Source: Bacillus subtilis subsp. subtilis str. 168
Lineage (GTDB): Bacteria; Bacillota; Bacilli; Bacillales; Bacillaceae
DNA: 32,000 nt
Assembly: GCF_000009045.1 (NCBI RefSeq)
Contig: NC_000964.3
Coordinates: 540,001-572,000 of the forward strand
Direction: 5' to 3'
Position numbers and translations under genes: made by a program. Positions 1-8,709 of the stretch are shown here, one piece after another (the first letter of the stretch is position 1; each line of letters opens with the position of its first letter). Under the pieces are notes generated by a model, which worked only from the letters and a program-made list of their open reading frames with translations, was not told the origin of the DNA and ran no database searches.

Positions 1-1229
1 GTTGGGTTGATCGTTTCCAAGAGCACACCGACTTAGAAAGTGCCATTATGTCCAGCCGTGATTTTGTCTTATTCCACCCTTTCTTAGCGAATCAGCAGTT
101 AAAAGGTTCAAAGACACGTTCTCCTCACTGCTTAATCACAGGAGACACAGGAAACGGCAAGTCATATCTAGCGAAATTGATCTTTAACTATATCAGCATG
201 TTAAACATCAAATCTCTGTATATAGACCCTAAAAAGGAAATGAGAAAGTGGATTCAAAGAGTCTTGAATGATGAGTACATTAGAGAGAACTTTCCCTTAT
301 ATATTGCACATTTAGAGAAATACAACTATATCACGCTAGATCATGAAAACACGCACAACTGGGGAGCGCTTGACCCTATCTCCTTCCTCCCTCCTATGAA
401 AGCAAAAGAGCTAGTTCAAGTCATTTTTGAACAAGTATATGACTTTAAAGGGAAGGACGACATAAACACAGCTTTCCTTCGTGCTACGTCAGAAGTGATT
501 GATGCGAAACAAAAAGGTGAACAGGTCGGCTCACTTGATATTATTCGGAAGATGCAGAGCCATCCCGAAGAAGCTGTACAAAAAGCTGGTGACTATTTAA
601 ATGAGGTCGTGTCAGATTCCATTTTGAAACTTTGTATTCATGATGGTTCAAATCCTGCATTGTCACTAGAAAAGCGAATTACCATTTTAGAAGTTGAAAA
701 TATGGATTTGCCGGATCATGCTGAGCGACTTGAAAACTACACGATATCACAACTAAAGTCTAGTGCGGTCATGTTTGCACTAGGTAAGTTCTGCGAGCTA
801 TTCGGCATGAATCAAGACGAACAGACTGTTGAATTTATAGATGAAGCTTGGATATTCACCACGTCACAACAAGGAAAAAAAGTAGAAAGACAAATGCGCC
901 GGATTGGTCGCTCATACAACAATGCGGAATACTTCATTTCTCAATCCACAAAAGACGCTTTAAAAGAAGAGGATTCTGGAAACTTTGGCGTTGCCTTTGC
1001 TTTTGACGAACCAAACGAGCGTGAAGAAGTGTTGAAATGGATGAACATGGAGGTCACAAAAGATAACAAAAAAATGATGGAATCCATGTTTCAAGGTCAA
1101 TGCTTATTTAAAGATTACTATGGCCGCACCTCTAAAATTTCGATTGAATGCCTATTCGAAGAATGGCAAGGTGCTCTGAAAACAGTTGAGAAAAAAGCCG
1201 TCGCATATGCGGAAGAAAAATATTTGTAA
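1..1229 (+). CDS. conE: VirB4-like conjugation ATPase ConE, C-terminal part. The frame is open from the window edge, so the gene is 5'-truncated by the window.
   Basis: The frame of the 48..1229 ORF has no stop back to position 3 (WVDRFQEHTDLESAIM...). Walker A is ITGDTGNGKSY and Walker B-like is VEFIDEAW. Confidence 0.93.
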   Translation, partial: WVDRFQEHTDLESAIMSSRDFVLFHPFLANQQLKGSKTRSPHCLITGDTGNGKSYLAKLIFNYISMLNIKSLYIDPKKEMRKWIQRVLNDEYIRENFPLYIAHLEKYNYITLDHENTHNWGALDPISFLPPMKAKELVQVIFEQVYDFKGKDDINTAFLRATSEVIDAKQKGEQVGSLDIIRKMQSHPEEAVQKAGDYLNEVVSDSILKLCIHDGSNPALSLEKRITILEVENMDLPDHAERLENYTISQLKSSAVMFALGKFCELFGMNQDEQTVEFIDEAWIFTTSQQGKKVERQMRRIGRSYNNAEYFISQSTKDALKEEDSGNFGVAFAFDEPNEREEVLKWMNMEVTKDNKKMMESMFQGQCLFKDYYGRTSKISIECLFEEWQGALKTVEKKAVAYAEEKYL

Positions 1230-1247
1230 AAAGGGGTTGAATCGTAC

Positions 1248-1574
1248 ATGGAAATAGCTTTCTTAAACTCTCTTGTTGTCACGAGTCCAGGCTTTTATAA
1301 AGCTGAGAAAATCACATTGGACGAAGTTAAACAATGGCTGAAGCATTATGATGGTCGATACAAAAGTTTTATCGGACATAAATCAACGGCACAGTTTCTG
1401 CAAAAATTATTAGGTATCAGAATTGAGCAAAATCGAAAGACTTTCAGACATATGAAATATCAAAAAGCAATCTGTTTCTCTCTGTATGAACGATATCCTG
1501 AAAACGTGTTGCTAACGCAAAGAGACTTAGAGAAAGCCAGATACCAATTTTATTTATTAACTCGGTTAGATTAG
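1248..1574 (+). CDS. yddF: Small conserved ICE protein of unknown function (108 aa).
   Basis: Tightly packed between conE and conG, with GGGG/GGTTG upstream of the ATG. Position and length match ICEBs1 yddF. I can name no catalytic motif. Confidence 0.85.
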   Translation: MEIAFLNSLVVTSPGFYKAEKITLDEVKQWLKHYDGRYKSFIGHKSTAQFLQKLLGIRIEQNRKTFRHMKYQKAICFSLYERYPENVLLTQRDLEKARYQFYLLTRLD

Positions 1575-1577
1575 GAG

Positions 1578-4025
1578 GTGGTTGTAATGAAAAAGAAAAG
1601 AATTTTGATTGTGTCGGCTATTGTGTTGCTGTTTTTAACTGTTGCTTCAGCTGTAACGGTATTTTCGGCTGATGGAGATACAACGACGCAGCCAAAAGTC
1701 GAAAAAGCTGGCGGCGTGGAATTGAAGGTGAAAAGGTTTCCAATCTCACGCTATCAAGCGAATAATGAAGCATCTGACGATTTAATCAAGGGGGCGTTTG
1801 TTGGGCTGACAAACGTCACTTTTTCTTTTGCGGGAAACATTGTCCGTGTGGTTGATACGGGGATGGATATTTTGTATAACTTGCAACCGATTGACGAGTT
1901 CGCAAATTCTATTACAAACGTCTCTAAAACAGTTTATAAAACACTGAAAAAGAATTTCGGTGAAGCTTTATTTATTTTCACGTGCGCCTATGTTGTCTAC
2001 CTATTCTGTGTGAGAGGTAGCGTAAAAGAAGCAATGCGGCGGAGTATTCTATTTATTTGTGTCATGGTGATCGGTGGGCTTTGGATGTCGAACGCTGGTT
2101 ATTACATGAAAGTATTGAATGCCTTGTCTGTAGAAGCTCAAGGAAAGCTTTTAACTGCGGGGAATGGATTGGTTGGCATTGTTCAAGATGAAGGCAATTT
2201 TGCAGACAGTTCAGCGATTGAAAAAGGAAAAGAAATGGAAGGCACAGTTGCGGTTATGCGTAATCTTTACTTTGACATTGCTTTGATGAAGCCTTTTTTA
2301 ATTGTGAATTTTGATGAAACAAGCGAAAAGAAAATCAATGAGGAAGATACAGATAAAGGCGGACTTAATCGTATAGATAAACTGCTTTCTTATAAGCTTT
2401 CAGAGGATGGAGAAAAAGATAAAAAAGATTATATAAAAGAGACTGAAATTGATGATTATAAAAATGAATCTATGACTTCTGGAAATGTGTTTAATCAGCT
2501 GGGAGAGTCTTTTATCGCTGTGGTCGCTTCTATTGTCATTGGGATACCATTTTTAGCATTAGCGTTCTTTAATTTCTTGCTTCAAGTTGTCGCTTTAGTG
2601 ATAGTTTTCTTTGTGCCATTTGCTTTCATCTTAGCGTATGTTCCTCAATTAGCTTATTCGGGATTTGTTACGCTTGGACGCTTGGGGAGTGTTTACCTAC
2701 TGAAAGCAATGTTAGGGGTTATCGTTCTGTTTGTGTACGTGACTTGTTTTATTGTTGACAAGTTAATACCGCCAAATGGTTTTGGAATGTATCTTTTAAA
2801 TGTTGCTGTCCTTGCTTCAATCTTGTGGATTGGTTTTCACAAGAGGGATGCCATTATCAAGTTTGTGACTGCTGGAAAAGTTGTTTCAGTTGATAATAAT
2901 ATGATGGAAAACATGAGACAAAACATTGTTCAGCCTGCTTGGGAACAAGCGAAGAAAATAGGTGGAGTATGGGGTAACGGAGGCGGCGTATTTACTGACT
3001 TTACAAAGCATTTTGGGGGAAGAAAAGACGGTTCGAATGCTGATGGCGTAACTGGTGCTCCAAGTGGTGGCGGTAATTCACCGAGTGGGACTGCTATGGG
3101 ATATGATAATACTCATGCTATTTCAAGAACCCCGCAAAAAGAAACAGCTAACGGAATAGCTAATCATAACAGTCGAAGCTTAAAACGCAATCCTCAAACT
3201 CTATCGAAAGAACAAGAAAAGCAAAAACAAAAAGAAGCCTTTGCAAATGCAAAAGAAAATAAACAGCAATCCCATTTAGCCAGATTGAGAAAAGACGGAA
3301 TAAACTCTCCTATGTTGAAAGATGCTTTGAATGAAGGGAATGAGGATTTATCCAAACGAGCACCTATCTTGCAGGATAAAAAAGATGAATCAGCACGAAC
3401 AGATCAAAAAGAATATGTGGAACAGCTTCTTAAACAGCCCAATAACCAGCAACAAACTGACGATGCATCATTACAGCATGAAGAAGAATCTACTTCTAAT
3501 CGTGCGCCTGTCTTACAAGAGAATGAAAAAGATACAGAACGTACTGATCAGAAAGCGTATATTTATGACGAACAAAATCAGAATCTTGAAACAGATCAGC
3601 AACAAGATTTTGAAGTCCAGAAAGATGATTCTGTTTCCAATAGTGAGCCTGTAGCACAAGAGAAAACAGCAGAAATCAAACGATCAGATCAAAAAGTCAT
3701 GATGAATCAACCTGAACCGCAGCTCGGTTTTGAAAGTCCTCAATCTACAAAAGTAGAAAATCAACCTATTGCCAATAACGAACGTAAAATCAGACCATCT
3801 GAACCCGCAAAAGTTCATTCAGATGGTATTCGTGTTGATGAAAAACAGGCTGTTGCTCCTGCTGAAAATAAGACTGTATCAAGAGAAAAACAGCCTTCAT
3901 CACAAACAATTAAACGGACTGAACAAAGCGTTAATTCATTTGACCAAGTGTCTTTGAATGAAATTGCAAGACGCTCTTCATCAAAAGTAGAAGATCGACT
4001 GAGAAGGGATGAAAGAACAAGATGA
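1578..4025 (+). CDS. conG: Polytopic VirB6-like mating-channel protein ConG (815 aa) with a long hydrophilic, repeat-containing C-terminal tail.
   Basis: SD TAGGAGGTGG lies upstream. There is an N-terminal signal/TM segment (ILIVSAIVLLFLTVASAV) and several further TM segments, e.g. ILFICVMVIGGLW, IAVVASIVIGIPFLALAFFNFLLQVVALVIVFFVPFAFILAYV and MYLLNVAVLASILWIGF. The Q/E/K-rich tail starts at about aa 480. Confidence 0.95.
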   Translation: MVVMKKKRILIVSAIVLLFLTVASAVTVFSADGDTTTQPKVEKAGGVELKVKRFPISRYQANNEASDDLIKGAFVGLTNVTFSFAGNIVRVVDTGMDILYNLQPIDEFANSITNVSKTVYKTLKKNFGEALFIFTCAYVVYLFCVRGSVKEAMRRSILFICVMVIGGLWMSNAGYYMKVLNALSVEAQGKLLTAGNGLVGIVQDEGNFADSSAIEKGKEMEGTVAVMRNLYFDIALMKPFLIVNFDETSEKKINEEDTDKGGLNRIDKLLSYKLSEDGEKDKKDYIKETEIDDYKNESMTSGNVFNQLGESFIAVVASIVIGIPFLALAFFNFLLQVVALVIVFFVPFAFILAYVPQLAYSGFVTLGRLGSVYLLKAMLGVIVLFVYVTCFIVDKLIPPNGFGMYLLNVAVLASILWIGFHKRDAIIKFVTAGKVVSVDNNMMENMRQNIVQPAWEQAKKIGGVWGNGGGVFTDFTKHFGGRKDGSNADGVTGAPSGGGNSPSGTAMGYDNTHAISRTPQKETANGIANHNSRSLKRNPQTLSKEQEKQKQKEAFANAKENKQQSHLARLRKDGINSPMLKDALNEGNEDLSKRAPILQDKKDESARTDQKEYVEQLLKQPNNQQQTDDASLQHEEESTSNRAPVLQENEKDTERTDQKAYIYDEQNQNLETDQQQDFEVQKDDSVSNSEPVAQEKTAEIKRSDQKVMMNQPEPQLGFESPQSTKVENQPIANNERKIRPSEPAKVHSDGIRVDEKQAVAPAENKTVSREKQPSSQTIKRTEQSVNSFDQVSLNEIARRSSSKVEDRLRRDERTR
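3334..3700 (+). repeat. Three imperfect tandem coding repeats (period about 141-144 nt, 47-48 aa) inside the ConG C-terminal tail.
   Basis: The repeat cores are DLSKRAPILQDKKDESARTDQKEY, STSNRAPVLQENEKDTERTDQKAY and SVSNSEPVAQEKTAEIKRSDQKVM. The Ser codons of the cores sit at 3351, 3495 and 3636. Confidence 0.8.
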
Positions 4026-5011
4026 TAAGTAAAAAGGTAGTTCTTCCTTTGGTATTCTCGGCTCCTTTTATCTTCTTTTTTGTTTTATGTATCGTAGTGG
4101 TTATGACGATTTCAAGAGAAAATCAAGTCGGGGACGATTTTATAGGCGGCGGGGATGGCGAATATGAAACAGTTGGAATTGCGCCGGAAGTGGAACGATT
4201 TAGAGCAGTATTTGAGAAATATGCCCGTCAAGAAGGCGTTTTTGACCAAGTGAATATTATTATGGCGCTCACCATGCAAGAAAGTGGTGGGCGTTCTTTA
4301 GATATCATGCAAAGTTCCGAAAGTATCGGCTTACCTCCCAACTCCATAACTGACCCAGAACGTTCAATTGAAGTCGGCATTAAACATTTTAAGAAGGTTT
4401 TTAAACAGGCTGGCGGTGATGTTCGTTTAACCTTACAGGCATACAACTTTGGTTCTGGATTTATAGACTATGTCAAAAAGAATGGCGGGAAATACACAAA
4501 GAAATTAGCACTTGATTTCAGCCGATTGCAAGCTTTTAAAATGGGCTGGAAAAGCTACGGTGACCCAAGTTATGTTGACCATGTCATGAGGTATGTGAAA
4601 GGCTCTGATAAAAATGTGAAGCCTGTGAAAGGCTCTATGGATTTCTATGAAACGGTCATGAAAGAAGCTTTGAAATATGAAGGGCAACCGTATGCCTGGG
4701 GAGGTTCAAACCCGGAAACTGGATTTGATTGTTCTGGCCTTGTTCAGTGGTCTTTTGCGAAAGCTGGAATCACTCTTCCTAGAACAGCACAAGAACAACA
4801 TGGGGCAACCAAGAAAATAAGTGAAAAAGAAGCGACTGCGGGTGACTTAGTGTTCTTTGGCGGCACATACGAAGGAAAAGCCATTACTCACGTCGGCATC
4901 TATGTAGGCAATGGCAGAATGTTTAATTCAAATGACAGTGGAATCCAATATTCTGATCTGAAATCAGGTTACTGGAGAGATCACCTTGTATCTTTTGGAC
5001 GCATTAAATAA
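4022..5011 (+). CDS. cwlT: Bifunctional cell-wall hydrolase CwlT: an N-terminal lysozyme-like muramidase domain and a C-terminal NlpC/P60 endopeptidase domain.
   Basis: The start overlaps the conG stop (ATGA at 4022-4025). There is an N-terminal TM segment. The muramidase motif is LTMQESGGRS. The NlpC/P60 Cys is in GFDCSGLVQW and the His is in ITHVGIYVG. Confidence 0.95.
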   Translation: MISKKVVLPLVFSAPFIFFFVLCIVVVMTISRENQVGDDFIGGGDGEYETVGIAPEVERFRAVFEKYARQEGVFDQVNIIMALTMQESGGRSLDIMQSSESIGLPPNSITDPERSIEVGIKHFKKVFKQAGGDVRLTLQAYNFGSGFIDYVKKNGGKYTKKLALDFSRLQAFKMGWKSYGDPSYVDHVMRYVKGSDKNVKPVKGSMDFYETVMKEALKYEGQPYAWGGSNPETGFDCSGLVQWSFAKAGITLPRTAQEQHGATKKISEKEATAGDLVFFGGTYEGKAITHVGIYVGNGRMFNSNDSGIQYSDLKSGYWRDHLVSFGRIK

Positions 5012-5025
5012 CTAGGAGTGAAAAT

Positions 5026-5532
5026 ATGAAAACACATATTGCATGGGCTTCAGCTTGTTTATTATTAGTCATGTTAACTGGATTTTTCACGATTGGACAG
5101 CAAACGTATAAGATTGAAAAGTTAAAAGATAAAAATGAAGTTTTGAGCGAAAAAATTAAGGAATTGAACCATATAGAATCAACAAGTAGCGCTTCGGAAA
5201 ATAAGGCATTTTTTGAAGCGTTTTTTAATTACTCCGACATAGATATACGATATGAAACAGTTAAGAAGCACACAACTGGAAAAGGGTTTGATTATGCATT
5301 CCCTTCTCGTTCTGATCAAAAGCACACAGTCAGCGTGCAAAGTGAATTACTATCACTAGAGAGTTATTCAAAGCCGTTAGATGAGTCTCATGAATTGTTT
5401 TTAAACATTGTTGAAGTCGCCACAACTGCAAATTCAGTCACTACGAATCAAGTGTTAATTGTACAAACGACTATGAAAAAAGAAAAGGATGGTTGGTTAG
5501 TCGATAATGTGCAGGTTAAGGGAAATGGATAA
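5026..5532 (+). CDS. yddI: ICE membrane-anchored protein of unknown function (168 aa; one N-terminal TM segment plus an extracytoplasmic domain).
   Basis: SD AGGAGTG lies 6 nt upstream of the ATG. The TM segment is AWASACLLLVMLTGFFTI. The position matches ICEBs1 yddI. Confidence 0.85.
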   Translation: MKTHIAWASACLLLVMLTGFFTIGQQTYKIEKLKDKNEVLSEKIKELNHIESTSSASENKAFFEAFFNYSDIDIRYETVKKHTTGKGFDYAFPSRSDQKHTVSVQSELLSLESYSKPLDESHELFLNIVEVATTANSVTTNQVLIVQTTMKKEKDGWLVDNVQVKGNG

Positions 5533-5585
5533 AAGGTGGAAAAGATCAATTTGTTTGTTTATACTAAATATTGAAAAAGGAGGTA

Positions 5586-5975
5586 ATGTTTATTTTGAAA
5601 AACCTTTTTATTTTCCTTAGTTTGATGATGATGTTTGTTTTAACTGCATGTGGTGGAAGCAAGTATGATGATGCGATTGATGATGTAATTAGCCAATATA
5701 AAGAGCATAAAGGAAATGACACAGAGATAAATATTAAAAGAGAGAATGCGATTGTTAGAGTCTATGAAGGGGGCAAATATATTCAGTTTGCATTTTATAT
5801 GCCGGATAACTCTTCACGTGAATTAACAACATTTAAGTATTATGAAAAATTTGGAGATAAATATGAAAAGATGACTGATATGCCGGGGAATGGGGAAAAT
5901 GATCGTCTGGGGTTATCAAAGAAAACACCAGACTATGAAGAAGTAAAAGGAGAAGAGACAGAGTTAGAGGAGTAA
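5586..5975 (+). CDS. yddJ: Lipoprotein YddJ, the ICEBs1 exclusion protein.
   Basis: The track ORF starts at TTG 5571, but AAAGGAGGT (5575-5583) sits directly before ATG 5586. The signal peptide with lipobox is MFILKNLFIFLSLMMMFVLTAC-GG. Confidence 0.9.
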   Translation: MFILKNLFIFLSLMMMFVLTACGGSKYDDAIDDVISQYKEHKGNDTEINIKRENAIVRVYEGGKYIQFAFYMPDNSSRELTTFKYYEKFGDKYEKMTDMPGNGENDRLGLSKKTPDYEEVKGEETELEE

Positions 5976-5998
5976 ACCGTGTGTTTACTCCTCTTTTA
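5969..5998 (+). terminator. Intrinsic terminator ending the conjugation operon after yddJ.
   Basis: Stem GGAGTAAAC (5969-5977) pairs with GTTTACTCC (5983-5991). The loop is 5 nt and is followed by TCTTTT. Confidence 0.75.
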
Positions 5999-6165
5999 GT
6001 TTTATTGACATTGGTAAAACAGAGATAGGGTAAGAACTTAGCTAATTAAGAATGAAAATTATAAGGTTTATAAGTTGGAAACTAAATCAAATATGTCTTC
6101 TAAGAATAGATTTATGGGTAAAAGTTGTTTTTACACTATTGGTGCTACTAGCAGTGGCATTTAAG

Positions 6166-6966
6166 TTATTTTAATTTCGTATTAAATTTAGCCTTTATCC
6201 TTTCCCATTTTTTATCTTCTAATGTGAGATCATACATACGGAGTATTTTTTCTTTTAAATTAAATAAGTCTATTGGTTCCTCCAAGGAGAATGCTTTTTT
6301 ATTTTTATCAATTACTCCTTTTATTTCGCCCTTAAAACCAGGGAGGATGAAAGTAGAGCAGTTATTGCTATTCACCCAAGTAGCCCCCATTTCATTAAGG
6401 CAGTATACGCTATCATAGTAATTATCGGATAACATATAAAAGACATATGCACCCTTAAAAAGATGTTTTTTTAGATATTCGAAAATATCTTCATCTCCAG
6501 GAATACCATGATAAGGTGAAGAAGTGTATATTATATCTTCAGAAGACACTCCTATATCCTCTAGTAATTCAACGAAAGCATTACATACAATTTTGTCTTT
6601 TGAGGAGTGGCTAATAAATATTTTTTTCTCTAATTCTCTATTTTGATCACTTGAAAAGTGAGTTATGCTGCTTTTTTCAGTCTCATCTACTACAGGCAAT
6701 TCATCTAAAAATTTTTTTATTTTATTTTCTGTTTCATGATGTTCAAACTCATTAAAAACAAATTCATTTTTATATATTTCATTGCGGTTTCGTGCATACC
6801 AAGTCTTAAGTTGTTCTAGTGAATAACGAATTAACTCAATATCATTTGATTCAAGAGATGTTCGAAATTGATCAATAATATTTGTGAGTACAGGCTCGCG
6901 AGAGTAATCTAGAAGTACTCCTATAATTCCATTAGCCTCAAATTTTAATTTTTTTAATGTGTCCAT
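6166..6966 (-). CDS. spbK: TIR-domain protein (266 aa): a helical N-terminal domain plus a C-terminal TIR domain. This is the abortive-infection anti-phage protein SpbK (YddK).
   Basis: SD GGAGGAAATCTA precedes the ATG on the minus strand. TIR hallmarks are KIFISHSSKD (aa 115-124) and SDNYYDSVYCLNEMG (aa 180-194), with Glu192 in the catalytic-Glu position. It is the only minus-strand gene in the ICE arm and is very AT-rich. Confidence 0.92.
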   Translation of the reverse strand: MDTLKKLKFEANGIIGVLLDYSREPVLTNIIDQFRTSLESNDIELIRYSLEQLKTWYARNRNEIYKNEFVFNEFEHHETENKIKKFLDELPVVDETEKSSITHFSSDQNRELEKKIFISHSSKDKIVCNAFVELLEDIGVSSEDIIYTSSPYHGIPGDEDIFEYLKKHLFKGAYVFYMLSDNYYDSVYCLNEMGATWVNSNNCSTFILPGFKGEIKGVIDKNKKAFSLEEPIDLFNLKEKILRMYDLTLEDKKWERIKAKFNTKLK

Positions 6967-7225
6967 TAGATTTCCTCCGACCTAATTTAATCCATTGTTT
7001 GTAAACATTTCATATCTAATTATATAACATAGACTCCTATTCTAACTACTTATTTTAAAGCAGTCTGGATTGTTTGGGTAATTCATAAAAAAATAAAAGA
7101 AAGAAGGAGGAATAGAGTTTTTCTTTTTTTTGTTTGCAATGTTACTGTCAAGTCGCAAAAGAATTGCTATGACCGAAAAAAAACCGCAAAGGAATAGATA
7201 TAAGGTACCTTTTTGCAATTCATCT

Positions 7226-7254
7226 TTGTAAAATAAAGGTTATTCTGACATAAT
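7226..7254 (+). promoter_or_regulatory. Candidate sigma-A promoter for rapI-phrI.
   Basis: TTGTAA (7226-7231), a 17-nt spacer, then CATAAT (7249-7254), about 50 nt upstream of the rapI start. This is sequence match only. Confidence 0.3.
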
Positions 7255-7305
7255 ACAATTAATGTAAAAATTCGCACAATTTTATGTAAGGATGGGGGAA
7301 TTTTC

Positions 7306-8481
7306 TTGCGGGGTGTTTTCTTAGATAAAGATAAAATTCCGTACGACTTAGTCACGAAAAAGTTAAATGAATGGTATACATCAATAAAAAATGATCAAGT
7401 TGAGCAAGCCGAGATTATAAAAACAGAAGTAGAGAAAGAATTGTTAAACATGGAAGAAAATCAAGATGCCCTGTTATATTATCAACTATTAGAATTTAGA
7501 CATGAGATAATGCTGAGTTATATGAAATCTAAGGAAATAGAAGATCTCAATAATGCTTATGAGACTATAAAAGAAATTGAGAAGCAAGGGCAATTAACTG
7601 GCATGTTGGAATACTATTTTTACTTTTTTAAGGGTATGTACGAGTTTAGGCGTAAAGAATTAATTTCAGCGATAAGTGCTTATCGAATAGCTGAATCAAA
7701 GTTGTCAGAAGTTGAGGATGAAATAGAGAAAGCAGAGTTTTTTTTCAAAGTGTCCTATGTATATTATTATATGAAACAAACATACTTCTCCATGAATTAT
7801 GCAAATCGTGCACTCAAAATATTTAGAGAGTATGAAGAATATGCTGTCCAGACTGTGCGTTGTCAATTTATTGTAGCAGGAAACTTGATCGATTCATTGG
7901 AATATGAAAGAGCCTTGGAACAATTTTTGAAGTCTTTGGAAATTTCCAAGGAAAGTAACATAGAGCATTTAATTGCAATGTCACATATGAATATTGGGAT
8001 TTGTTATGATGAATTGAAAGAATATAAGAAGGCTTCACAACATTTAATTTTAGCGTTAGAAATTTTTGAAAAATCAAAACATAGTTTCTTAACAAAGACT
8101 TTATTCACTCTAACCTATGTAGAAGCAAAACAACAAAATTATAATGTTGCTTTGATATACTTTAGGAAAGGGCGATTTATTGCCGATAAAAGTGATGATA
8201 AGGAATACTCAGCGAAATTCAAAATATTAGAGGGATTATTTTTTTCTGATGGTGAGACTCAATTAATAAAGAATGCATTTTCATATCTGGCTTCGAGAAA
8301 AATGTTTGCTGATGTTGAAAATTTTTCGATTGAAGTCGCTGATTATTTTCATGAACAAGGAAATTTAATGCTCTCTAATGAATATTATCGTATGAGTATT
8401 GAAGCAAGACGAAAAATTAAAAAAGGGGAGATTATTGATGAAAATCAGCCGGATTCTATTGGCAGCAGTGATTTTAAGTAG
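7306..8481 (+). CDS. rapI: Rap-family TPR regulator RapI, the activator of ICEBs1 induction (391 aa).
   Basis: TTG start preceded by GGATGGGGG. The body is TPR-rich and typical of Rap proteins, and a phr gene overlaps its 3' end. Confidence 0.95.
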   Translation: MRGVFLDKDKIPYDLVTKKLNEWYTSIKNDQVEQAEIIKTEVEKELLNMEENQDALLYYQLLEFRHEIMLSYMKSKEIEDLNNAYETIKEIEKQGQLTGMLEYYFYFFKGMYEFRRKELISAISAYRIAESKLSEVEDEIEKAEFFFKVSYVYYYMKQTYFSMNYANRALKIFREYEEYAVQTVRCQFIVAGNLIDSLEYERALEQFLKSLEISKESNIEHLIAMSHMNIGICYDELKEYKKASQHLILALEIFEKSKHSFLTKTLFTLTYVEAKQQNYNVALIYFRKGRFIADKSDDKEYSAKFKILEGLFFSDGETQLIKNAFSYLASRKMFADVENFSIEVADYFHEQGNLMLSNEYYRMSIEARRKIKKGEIIDENQPDSIGSSDFK

Positions 8482-8557
8482 TGTATTTTCAATAACTTAT
8501 TTGCAAAGTGATCATAATACTGAAATTAAAGTTGCTGCAGATCGGGTAGGGGCATAG
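8438..8557 (+). CDS. phrI: PhrI signalling-peptide precursor (39 aa). This ORF is absent from the ORF track.
   Basis: ATG 8438 overlaps the rapI 3' end in another frame, with SD AAAGGGGAG upstream. The translation is MKISRILLAAVILSSVFSITYLQSDHNTEIKVAADRVGA: a signal peptide plus the C-terminal pentapeptide DRVGA. The stop is TAG 8555-8557. Confidence 0.93.
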   Translation: MKISRILLAAVILSSVFSITYLQSDHNTEIKVAADRVGA

Positions 8558-8579
8558 CTTAGATAATTGGAAAAGAGGA

Positions 8580-8620
8580 AAAAAGCTTAATCTTTTTTCG
8601 AAGGTTAAGCTTTTTCTTTT
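8580..8620 (+). terminator. Intrinsic terminator after phrI.
   Basis: AAAAAGCTTAA (8580-8590) pairs with TTAAGCTTTTT (8605-8615), followed by CTTTTATTT. Confidence 0.7.
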
Positions 8621-8709
8621 ATTTATAAAAAGTGAACTAACTATCAGAAAGAAATTATATTAAATTTTATTTTTTTGTTTAAAAAGTAGATTATATAAAG
8701 GCAAGCTAG

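Noticed and set aside
3331-3957. Track ORFs 3331..3654 and 3769..3957 on the plus strand inside conG.
   Set aside because: They are out-of-frame shadows within the A-rich, repeat-containing conG tail. They have no SD, and their K/I/L-rich composition is junk typical of frame shifts of Q/E/K-rich coding sequence.
4228-4687. Minus-strand ORFs 4228..4446 and 4505..4687.
   Set aside because: They are antisense to the well-supported cwlT catalytic domains and have no start signals.
6224-6418. Plus-strand 64-aa ORF inside the TIR gene.
   Set aside because: It is antisense to the conserved TIR core. It is AT-rich and has no RBS.
7167-7355. Minus-strand 62-aa ORF spanning the spbK-rapI intergenic region and the rapI start.
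   Set aside because: It overlaps the rapI SD and start and the candidate promoter. It has no SD and a low-complexity basic sequence.
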